From an uncultured Caldithrix sp. (GTDB taxonomy: Bacteria > Calditrichota > Calditrichia > RBG-13-44-9), in contig CAYWTB010000002.1 in assembly GCA_964461135.1 (NCBI GenBank), forward strand, positions 3,585-67,584: 64,000 nucleotides of DNA, written 5' to 3'. Below the pieces are notes generated by a model that was not told where the DNA came from, did no database searches, and worked only from the letters and a program-made list of their open reading frames with translations. The number at the start of each line of letters is the position of its first letter. The first letter of the stretch is position 1. Made by a program: the position numbers and the translations under genes. This document shows, one piece after another, positions 45,672 through 53,551 of this stretch.

Positions 45672-46454
45672 CTATGCTATCCCTTTTACCGCCCAGGATC
45701 GCGCAGACAATATGATCGAACCGTTATTTTGAATCGGTAATTTTTGCAACAGTGCTGCTTGAAGCAATTTCCTTTTCGGGGGCTTCAATTTTGATATATA
45801 AGTTGGTGCAGGTCCCTGTCCTCCAAGAAAGGGTTGCCAATAGTTTTCAAAGTTGGAAAAAGTTATTTCTATTTCAAGAGGAATCGTCTTGATGTTTGAA
45901 AATCCAACGCTCTCAAAAATTGTAGCTAAAGCTTTACCATTTGAATCTGGAAATCGACGGCCTTCGTGCAAAATGGATGCATCAGGATCAAGTTCAATTG
46001 CGGTATCCCAAAAATAGGAAAGGAATTCCATATTACCAGCATAATCCCAGATATACGCTGCAACGGTACCGCCTTTTATTGTGATCCGTTTCATTTCATC
46101 AAGAGCCTTTTCCGGGGTTGTTATAAAGTTGAGTACCAATCCGGAAACCACAATATCTACCGAAGCATCACCAAAGGGGAGGGACAGTGCATTCCCGACT
46201 TTACATTCAGCCTTGTCACCCAATCTCTTTTGAGCTGAAAGCACAAACTCTTCGGATTGATCGATGGCATAAACGATTTTGGGGTTATGTTTGTTAATAA
46301 TAGCTTCACTTAAAGCCCCTGTCCCACAACCAACATCTAACCACCGCAACCATGGCTTTGGTGATAGCCAGTCCACAAACAATTCGGCGATAGGCTTACT
46401 CCACCTGCCCATAAAAAATTCGTATGGGTTACCCGATTGCCACAAGTCTTGCAT
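45672..46454 (-). CDS. Class I SAM-dependent methyltransferase
   Basis: Motif I is WLDVGCGTGALSE. A post-I acidic residue and motif II are present (IVVSGLVLNF). Length is 260 aa. Confidence 0.8.
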   Translation of the reverse strand: MQDLWQSGNPYEFFMGRWSKPIAELFVDWLSPKPWLRWLDVGCGTGALSEAIINKHNPKIVYAIDQSEEFVLSAQKRLGDKAECKVGNALSLPFGDASVDIVVSGLVLNFITTPEKALDEMKRITIKGGTVAAYIWDYAGNMEFLSYFWDTAIELDPDASILHEGRRFPDSNGKALATIFESVGFSNIKTIPLEIEITFSNFENYWQPFLGGQGPAPTYISKLKPPKRKLLQAALLQKLPIQNNGSIILSARSWAVKGIA

Positions 46455-46473
46455 GTTGGTTTCCTCGTTTTAC

Positions 46474-46698
46474 GCCTAACGCGCTCATTTAAGCCGCAGC
46501 CCAAAACAAGCACCTTACATTTATTACTAATACCAAAGATTAAGCCTGAGGTGCATAACTTTCTCAGTACGCACTGGAGGCAACACTATTAATTAGAATG
46601 ACTTCTATGAACAAGCAATTCTAAGCGGACTTCCTACTTTAAAAATCCTAAAAATGCCGAATGTGTATACGCTGTCGGCTTGAAATGCATTGTTATAC
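46474..46698 (-). repeat. Long attC-like structure: canonical R''/L'' and L'/R' boxes about 225 nt apart
   Basis: Sense 5' half reads GTATAAC-aatgcat-TTCAAGCC (46698..46674). Sense 3' half reads GGCTTAAA-tgagcgc-GTTAGGC (46495..46474). The L boxes are complementary in 7 of 8 positions. GTTAGGC fits GTTRRRY exactly and lies 19 nt before ATG 46454. Confidence 0.45.
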
Positions 46699-46739
46699 CA
46701 CGGCCTCATTTAAATAATTTTTTTTATTAACCTCTATTT

Positions 46740-47021
46740 TTATTCAATCAAAAACTTTTTTACTTCTCTTACAAACATTTCCATGTCTGTATCCATTGCT
46801 ATATGTTGCTGACCTGGCATAACAAGAACCTTGCTGTCCGGTAATGTTTCATCTAAAACTTCGGTAGTTTTATGACCGACCTGGAATATATGTCCATCAG
46901 GCCATTTCTGTTGATGCGCGAGTCCTCTTCTTTCTAAATCATTGGTTATGCCAGAATGGATAATTTTTCTACCTCTTTTGTAATGATACTTATATGTATT
47001 CCTCGCTTTTGCCATGATCAA
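46740..47021 (-). pseudogene. Chimeric remnant: GIY-YIG (UPF0213-like) N-terminus fused to an alpha/beta-hydrolase-like C-terminus
   Basis: The N-terminal YKYHYKRGRKIIHSGITNDLERRGLAH matches the small GIY-YIG family (GxTNDLxRRxxxH). The C-terminal VLVMPGQQHIAMDTDMEMFVREVKKFL looks like the last strand, His and helix of alpha/beta hydrolases. Confidence 0.4.
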
Positions 47022-47122
47022 TCCCCATTAGATTGTGATTGAATTTTAAAATGATGATAATATTATCCAAGACAGACAACACTACTCCCCTATTGGTATT
47101 TGTAAGTCTTTTTCATGAGAAA

Positions 47123-47437
47123 TCAAGGCAGTATCATCCAATAATAATTATTGGTTTCCACTTGCATAACTTTACCCCGGGTCAACATCTGAGTCAAAGC
47201 ATCAATGATGGCCTGATGGGGATTTTCACCCGTACCCATTATAGAAGTAAATTCATTTTCATCGGATCTTTTGATATTATAGTTCGCTTGAGCAGAATAT
47301 TTTTTTAAGAATCTCATTTTCTCTGCACGGATTCGCACTCTTGGAACCGGAAAATCCTGGACAATAAATTCACATTCACGATCACTTATTGTGGTATAGG
47401 CTGCGACCCATTTTTCAAGAATCCTTGGAAATTCCAC
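47123..47437 (-). CDS. Hypothetical protein, paralog of 47479..47838
   Basis: Shared core DFPVPRVRIRAEKMR...YSAQANYNIK...GTGENPHQAIIDAL against DLPLTKVRIRALKIR...YFAESNLKIK...GIGNEPVEAIFLCL. Confidence 0.5.
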   Translation of the reverse strand: MEFPRILEKWVAAYTTISDRECEFIVQDFPVPRVRIRAEKMRFLKKYSAQANYNIKRSDENEFTSIMGTGENPHQAIIDALTQMLTRGKVMQVETNNYYWMILP

Positions 47438-47478
47438 TTCCTCTCTCTGTTCTATTATTTTCTATAATGGTAACCTTA

Positions 47479-47838
47479 TTAATCTGATGCGGGAGTACCA
47501 GAATAGGATTTATTCACTATTGTCCCGTAAATTTTCCCTCCGTTTATTAATTTTTCCAAACACAGGAAAATGGCTTCCACGGGCTCATTACCAATTCCAG
47601 TTGGGACGATATATCGATCCTTTGCTGCCAGGATTTTAATTTTGAGATTGGATTCAGCAAAATATTTGTCGGTTTTTCTGATTTTAAGTGCCCGGATTCT
47701 TACTTTAGTAAGAGGCAGGTCTCGTAAAAAGAAATCAAACTCATTATTATCAATATTCAAATATCCGACTACCCAGGGAGTTAAATTATCCGGGATATTC
47801 AATTCGGTATGAGGAATGCTTTCAAACTCCATAACCAA
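47479..47838 (-). CDS. Hypothetical protein, paralog of 47123..47437
   Basis: See the paralog alignment above. 119 aa. Confidence 0.5.
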   Translation of the reverse strand: MVMEFESIPHTELNIPDNLTPWVVGYLNIDNNEFDFFLRDLPLTKVRIRALKIRKTDKYFAESNLKIKILAAKDRYIVPTGIGNEPVEAIFLCLEKLINGGKIYGTIVNKSYSGTPASD

Positions 47839-47908
47839 TTCCTCCGCATTTAATTTTATGTATATTAGAATCTTAAAAAGATTTTCTCTTCAAAGACATC
47901 TCAGACTC

Positions 47909-48337
47909 TTAAGAGGGACCAACTGTAAAATTTTTATGTAAATAGAATATATTTCCAGCAGAAGAGATATTCATTGTAGGGAAAGGAAAGGAATATTGGA
48001 ATTCTTCATTGAGGAGAGGCTTATGCTCAAAAATCATGGCAGCTTCAATCTTTCTGCGAATAACCGGATCTACCAATGCATATGAATAACAGATTTGATT
48101 CTCGGGTCGAACCTGGGATTTCCAGAGATCCCGTTTTTCATGATTATGAATTCTGACTCTTAAATACTCCGCCTCTCCAATATACAGAAGCCTGGTAATG
48201 ACTAACCGGTTATTAGGCTGGTCATGAGTGCATTCATATACACAGAAAATCCCTGATTTATTTGGGATTCCAGAAATATCCGGGTACAGCCAATATCCCA
48301 CAAAATTTATGATTATTGGATCCATAAAAAGTCCCAA
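47909..48337 (-). CDS. GIY-YIG-like nuclease-domain protein
   Basis: SGIFCVY ... LLYIGEAEYLRVRIHNH ... IEAAMIFEHKP gives GIY, YIG, Arg and Glu elements, with a longer than usual GIY-YIG spacer. Confidence 0.45.
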   Translation of the reverse strand: MGLFMDPIIINFVGYWLYPDISGIPNKSGIFCVYECTHDQPNNRLVITRLLYIGEAEYLRVRIHNHEKRDLWKSQVRPENQICYSYALVDPVIRRKIEAAMIFEHKPLLNEEFQYSFPFPTMNISSAGNIFYLHKNFTVGPS

Positions 48338-48342
48338 TATTT

Positions 48343-48987
48343 TTAGGAACGACTTGTCGTAATAATCCCTTCCTCTATGAGATATTTAGTCAGTTCGACA
48401 TCATTTTTTAATCCCAACTTTTTTAACATATGAATATGGTGGGCACTGACCGTGCTAATGCTCAAATGCATTTCGCGGCCAATCTCCCTACGTGATTTAC
48501 CGTCAATAACTGCCATCATCACATCATATTCCCTCCTGGATAATTTAGCCAGGTCAGGTATTTTTGAATAGATATCGAGTTTTGCCATAAAATTTTCGGC
48601 AACTCTATGAGATACATATCTGCCGCCTTCGGCCACTTTGTGAATGGCTTCCAGGAAATCATTGAGTTTTTCATGGTGAGTTATATATCCCAAAGCTCCT
48701 TCTCTGAAGGACAATATTCCATATTTTTCTTCCGCATTCATATTTAGAACTAAGATTTTAGCTGAGGAATTGATAGCCTTAATCTTCCTCACTGTAGCTA
48801 ATCCATCATAATCGAATCCTTCAAGTTCGAGAATGATAACGTCATAATCCGTTTTTCTTATATATTTAAGAGCTTCTTTACCACTAAAAACTTCGTCTTT
48901 TATTGAAATATCTTTTTGGCGGGCTAAAAATTTCTTTAATCCTTCCTGATATAGTCCAGGGTGGTCTATCAATAACACTTCAATCAT
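48343..48987 (-). CDS. NarL/FixJ-type response regulator (REC + LuxR HTH) with atypical receiver (Glu at the phospho-acceptor position)
   Basis: The HTH is LSRREYDVMMAVIDGKSRREIGREMHLSISTVSAHHIHMLKKLG. The receiver reads DYDVIILELEGFDYDG where DxxxxD(L/M)xMP is expected, and LLIDHPG replaces DDHP. Confidence 0.8.
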   Translation of the reverse strand: MIEVLLIDHPGLYQEGLKKFLARQKDISIKDEVFSGKEALKYIRKTDYDVIILELEGFDYDGLATVRKIKAINSSAKILVLNMNAEEKYGILSFREGALGYITHHEKLNDFLEAIHKVAEGGRYVSHRVAENFMAKLDIYSKIPDLAKLSRREYDVMMAVIDGKSRREIGREMHLSISTVSAHHIHMLKKLGLKNDVELTKYLIEEGIITTSRS

Positions 48988-49271
48988 TGATCCACCTCAC
49001 CAATATATTTATTTTAAAAAACCTGAATAAGTAGTCTTTGCTGATTATCAGAATAATAATAATATGGAACTTGCCTGTTCAACCGTTTCAAATTACATCT
49101 TTTAAGGATTTGATTTAATTTATTTAACAATCATGAATTTGTCAAGATCAAAGATCAACTTTTCTAAAATAATTAAAACTTAAAAAAACTTCAAACTGTA
49201 TGCCAAAAATCAGAAATTCAATATTTATCATACGTTAGACAATTTATATCAAAATTATCACCACTTCTGAC

Positions 49272-49311
49272 TGTGAACTATACTTCACAAAGTGTGAATT
49301 AAAATTCACAC
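49272..49311. promoter_or_regulatory. Two adjacent TGTGA-N8-TCACA palindromes
   Basis: The sites are TGTGAACTATACTTCACA (49272-49289) and GTGTGAATTAAAATTCACAC (49292-49311). They lie about 130-160 nt upstream (minus sense) of the TTGACA at about 49150 that precedes the LuxR-type gene. Confidence 0.5.
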
Positions 49312-49494
49312 CCACTCCCATTCAGATAATTTCTAAAACCCAAATTTCATATTTTCAACCGGAATTTTTTAATCAGATTCTTTTCCTCTCCTACACCGGT
49401 AATCCGCATCTGATTGAACCGCTTGCTCCTGACTTCCATTCGAAAATAAAAATTATCAGTCAGAATACTGCCATTCGATTTCTTCACCATATTC

Positions 49495-49515
49495 CATGTC
49501 TCACAGTGAGACGTG
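49495..49515. repeat. Hairpin-family copy 7
   Basis: CATGTCTCAC-a-GTGAGACGTG (one T-G pair). Confidence 0.75.
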
Positions 49516-49583
49516 GGCAAAATATCACAAGTGTCGAGAAAAAATCGCCAGATGCTAAAAAACCACCAAAATACCCCAAATAA

Positions 49584-49639
49584 ATGCGTCGTAAATCGAC
49601 CTGGATTCAACTAAATAGGTTGAACAATATGATAGGTTG
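49584..49639. repeat. 56-nt repeat Z, copy 2
   Basis: The sequence is atgcgtcgtaaatcgacctggattcaactaaataggttgaacaatatgataggttg. Confidence 0.8.
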
Positions 49640-49891
49640 AACTTACCTATTCGTAAAAATAAAAAGCCCCACCACTTTCTATAGTGGCAGGGTTTTTATA
49701 ACACAGGAAGCTATGATAAGTCTATATCTTTAATCTGAATTTCTTGATCAGCTGCGTTTCCTCACGTCCCTCTGATACATTCCTTCTATTGAAACACATA
49801 TTTCTTAAACCTGTCAGCAGCTAAATGATTAAATCCCCGGCATTATCAGGTTTGAATCCTTTCACTCACAAATTTTCCTCTGTTCATAAAT

Positions 49892-49921
49892 AAAAATGCC
49901 CCGCATTGAACGGGGCTTTTT
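49892..49921. terminator. Bidirectional rho-independent terminator after the T9SS beta-helix gene
   Basis: GCCCCGCATTGAACGGGGC is flanked by A-rich and T-rich runs. An identical hairpin lies at 55180-55198. Confidence 0.65.
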
Positions 49922-49940
49922 AGGTTGTAAAACGAACAGG

Positions 49941-52793
49941 TCACTTCATGAACAACATTTTTTTCGACTGCACAAAATCTCCTGCCTGAATGCGGTAGAC
50001 ATAGAGACCTGATGCTACTGAATTGCCATGATCATCCTGACCGTTCCAGACCACCTGATGAGTCCCGGCGGATTTTGGTTCGTTGAGCAGAGTCCTGATC
50101 CTGCGACCGGAAACATCAAAGATGTCAATTCTGACACTGACCTCTTCGGGCAGATCGAATGAAATGGTGGTGGATGGATTGAAGGGATTCGGAAAAGCCT
50201 GGTTTAACCGGAATTCGATAATTGTTTTGATGGTTTGATCTTTCAACCCACTTTTCCGACTGAATTCCTCCTTGTTTTCGCCCACCAGAATATGGGCAAG
50301 GAAGGTCAGCTCATCATCGGGATAGGCAGATTCCATACGGGTAAGTAGCTCCGCTGCTTTCTTGAAATCGCATTTTATTTCCACATGATACGCGATGGCA
50401 TCGTACAGGGCAGTCAGCTCATGAAAAGTATCTGGATATTCATCGATGATCCGGTCATAAAGAGATATCATGCTGTCATAATTCCGTGCCAGTGCATACT
50501 CCAGCGCCTGAAATCGTAGACCAAAGGGCCGCAGGCTGTGCTCTTTTGGTTTTGCTATCAGTTCCGCAAGCAGACTGTTCAGCTCTCCCTGAACGATGCT
50601 TTTGTTTCGTATCGATTTGGGATCCCGCAGCTCCCTTTGGGTAAGATTGTTATACATTACCACCGAAAGCGCAGCATATTTGGAACCCGAGTTATTATCG
50701 ATAAGTCCTTTTAGAATTTCCTTGGCCTTTTCATACTCCGATTTATATCCGGCCTGCAGGGCTTGATTGAAAAGCTCCTCTTCCCCAGTGACCTCTGTAC
50801 TGGTTTTTTCCACGACAGGCGTTTCCCCGAATTCTGTAGATCCCATATTCATCGATAATACTTCGACGCTACGTTCAGAATTGGGATTTGTGGAAAGCGG
50901 ATAACGATTGGTAATCGTCGATGTCCCATCGGCATAATTTAAAGGCCCCTCCGGTCCCCAATAGTTAAAATCCGCTTGTACGTTGGAATGGTTCTCTACC
51001 CAGATATGCGGCAAATCGCAGTCATAGATACTGTTATAGCCGCCTTTCTCACCGGTGCCACCATAACCCAGAAATGAAGAGGCATAATTTTGGACCTTTA
51101 TCAGGGGGGCAGCGGAGTAATTTACGGTATTATGACCATGCCAATTGTCTCCCTCAGAGTCTCTTGTCGCAAACCAAGGGTGCCCACCGTTGATAAGCAC
51201 CCGGCAATCGTAGATATAGTTATACATCAAATGAGGGGATGATGAATTCAAAAAGATTCCCCATTTCGTAAAATCCACATGGCTTATGCTATTGTCACGA
51301 TAATCTGGAACGGTAGTAACATAATCAGCCTGGATGCCGTAAATATAGCTGTTTTGAATGGTATTTCCAGTTAGGAAAGCCTCCGAGGAGTAGCAGCGAA
51401 TCCCATAGCGACAGGAAGTAAAGGTATTATCAGATACGGTAACATCAGTTCCGGTATTGAGTGCATAGACCCCGATACCGTTTGCCCCCGAACCGGTAAA
51501 GCTGCAATTGTTGATATTAACCGAATTTTCAGAATTATAAACCGTGATAGCCCGGGCATCCGAATTATACCCGAAGGATGAATAATTGCAATGGGAAATG
51601 GTGGCGCCAGAAGTATTGCGGATAAGCAGATGATAAGGTGAAGAAGTAAAATTGGTGTATTGAAGATTGGCCGAGGCTCCATCCTTTATTTCTACCATGG
51701 AATTGGTGTAGTCAACCCTGGAATAACCCTGGCCGTTGATAATGACGGGATTGCCGGCAGAACCAAGACAGTTAAACGCGCCATAATCTTCGATTTTATA
51801 ACTGCCGGTGAAAGCAATATTTACACCGGGATTAAAGTTCAATGATTTTGAAGAGGGCACTGTCAGGTTAGCAGATTGTGTAAATGAACAAGAATTGACA
51901 TAGGTTGCCCAGCCGTTTGAGGTCCAGTTCAAAACATAAGGAATGGTATAGGAAGATGGGAAAAAACCTTTAAAATATGAGCCCGCTTTTACATAAATGG
52001 AACAGCCATTTATTGTACCATTGCTTATGATATTACCGGTACCTTCGCATTTTAAAACATATCCATTCAGATTGACGATAGCGTCAGATCGTATGTTTAA
52101 TGTAATTCCTGAAGGAACAGTTACATTTCCCGACAAAGTATGAGTCTTGCCTCCTGCTCCAATCCAGGTTTTATGATAATTTGTAAGTGTGCCAGTGTGG
52201 GTTGTTTTGAGTTTTTTGAAAGCATGTCCCCTGTCTTGTTTCAAATAGTAACAATCATGATTTTTGGCATGTTGATATAATCCACAATTTCCCCATTTGG
52301 AAACATAATCCCTACCATCTTCAATTACACATGGATAAGAATTTTGAATTTTTCTAACTGAATGATCATCGTCTGTATACCAAGAATGGGTTGCTTCCGA
52401 TTCAGAAGCACTCAAATAGGATGGTTGTCCATCATTTGACCATGCCACATCTGTCCAAAAATAGGTTTCAACATCTGGATCTTCCCTTGTTCCAATCCAC
52501 ACTGCTTCACAACCTTCCGAAAGACTCCAGGCGTAACCATGACAATTATAGGTACCGGAGGCATTTCCAATACGTACTGCATTGAGCTGATAAGGGTCTA
52601 TATAATAGTGTTGTACATACCAGTGACAATAATCAATATCACTTTGTGACATTTCTTGCGGTGTATCTGCAGGGCAAGGTCTTCCTTCTGGTGTCCTGAT
52701 TGTTATATCCCCTGCATATAAGAGATGCTGATAGAGAAAAATAAATAATATAAAAAGATAAACAAACATAGTTTTATAAGTTTTTATACACAT
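49941..52793 (-). CDS. Large secreted protein: parallel beta-helix repeats + TPR-like helical region + T9SS-type C-terminal sorting domain
   Basis: Signal peptide is FVYLFILFIFLY. There are many NxxI/G-rich beta-helix repeats (ISHCNYSS, NINNCSFTGSG, VSDNTFTSC, LTGNTIQNS). The C-terminal sorting domain is FPNPFNPSTTISFDLP...GLYVYRIQAGDFVQSKKMLFMK. Confidence 0.75.
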   Translation of the reverse strand: MCIKTYKTMFVYLFILFIFLYQHLLYAGDITIRTPEGRPCPADTPQEMSQSDIDYCHWYVQHYYIDPYQLNAVRIGNASGTYNCHGYAWSLSEGCEAVWIGTREDPDVETYFWTDVAWSNDGQPSYLSASESEATHSWYTDDDHSVRKIQNSYPCVIEDGRDYVSKWGNCGLYQHAKNHDCYYLKQDRGHAFKKLKTTHTGTLTNYHKTWIGAGGKTHTLSGNVTVPSGITLNIRSDAIVNLNGYVLKCEGTGNIISNGTINGCSIYVKAGSYFKGFFPSSYTIPYVLNWTSNGWATYVNSCSFTQSANLTVPSSKSLNFNPGVNIAFTGSYKIEDYGAFNCLGSAGNPVIINGQGYSRVDYTNSMVEIKDGASANLQYTNFTSSPYHLLIRNTSGATISHCNYSSFGYNSDARAITVYNSENSVNINNCSFTGSGANGIGVYALNTGTDVTVSDNTFTSCRYGIRCYSSEAFLTGNTIQNSYIYGIQADYVTTVPDYRDNSISHVDFTKWGIFLNSSSPHLMYNYIYDCRVLINGGHPWFATRDSEGDNWHGHNTVNYSAAPLIKVQNYASSFLGYGGTGEKGGYNSIYDCDLPHIWVENHSNVQADFNYWGPEGPLNYADGTSTITNRYPLSTNPNSERSVEVLSMNMGSTEFGETPVVEKTSTEVTGEEELFNQALQAGYKSEYEKAKEILKGLIDNNSGSKYAALSVVMYNNLTQRELRDPKSIRNKSIVQGELNSLLAELIAKPKEHSLRPFGLRFQALEYALARNYDSMISLYDRIIDEYPDTFHELTALYDAIAYHVEIKCDFKKAAELLTRMESAYPDDELTFLAHILVGENKEEFSRKSGLKDQTIKTIIEFRLNQAFPNPFNPSTTISFDLPEEVSVRIDIFDVSGRRIRTLLNEPKSAGTHQVVWNGQDDHGNSVASGLYVYRIQAGDFVQSKKMLFMK

Positions 52794-52809
52794 GGTTGTG
52801 CCCTTAAAA

Positions 52810-53538
52810 TTAATATATGTTTAGAAATTCTTTTGCTTTTTGAATAACAAGATTTAGGACATCGTTATTTTGTAATTGGCCAGTTTTTAATAAATGTTTC
52901 ACACCTGGTGATTTAGATAGAGCCTCCAAGATTCTATTTCCCTTTCCTTTGAATTCTAATAACCTTGCAATCGAGTAAGTATTAAATTGAATGCTCACAA
53001 TTGAAAAAATTTCAGGATGATTAATTTTGAATTCGTTTTTCTTTAACAATTCATTTAAGAATGTTTTTACTTCTGATTTTGTCATTTTCTCAAGAATACT
53101 TTCATGAGAGATAAGAACTTCAATAAAAACAAAGGAGAAGGTAAAAGCTCCTTTCTCAACATTATCCCAACTCGATTCATATGCAGCAGGATCCATTCTT
53201 TGGTAAAATTCGATCAACTTTTGTGATGCATCTCTTCGCTTTAGTAATTCTCGTAATCCGTTAAAATCATTATATGCATGTTCGAAAGCGTTATGTATAT
53301 AATTGTAAATTAGTATGTAACCAGGATAGCGGCTATCTAAATATTCCTGAATCAACATTTCTGTAGATATAGTAGAAAGATTTGCCTCCGGAATCTGCTC
53401 TGCCAATTTTATTTCATCCAATGGTCTTCCATCCTGTTTACTTTGCGCATTAACTTGGAAACTACAGCTAAAGACACAAAAGCAAATAAAGAAAGAACAA
53501 AACAATTTTTTCTTTTTTGTTTTCATTACAACCTCCAA
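52810..53538 (-). CDS. Hypothetical secreted protein
   Basis: 242 aa with a signal peptide (LFCSFFICFCVFSCSFQVNA). AT-rich gene. Confidence 0.5.
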   Translation of the reverse strand: MEVVMKTKKKKLFCSFFICFCVFSCSFQVNAQSKQDGRPLDEIKLAEQIPEANLSTISTEMLIQEYLDSRYPGYILIYNYIHNAFEHAYNDFNGLRELLKRRDASQKLIEFYQRMDPAAYESSWDNVEKGAFTFSFVFIEVLISHESILEKMTKSEVKTFLNELLKKNEFKINHPEIFSIVSIQFNTYSIARLLEFKGKGNRILEALSKSPGVKHLLKTGQLQNNDVLNLVIQKAKEFLNIY

Positions 53539-53551
53539 TTAATTTATTTGA

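Noticed and set aside
49347-49610. Track ORFs 49347..49610 and 54913..55122 as ordinary protein genes, with a homolog at 35.1-35.3 kb
   Set aside because: They coincide with a DNA-level repeat. The reading frame relative to the hairpin differs by 1 nt between the 35-kb and 49-kb copies. They have TTG starts without an RBS. The conserved C-terminal ...LIKKFRLKI segment may be a relic of coding sequence, so they are reported as repeats rather than genes.
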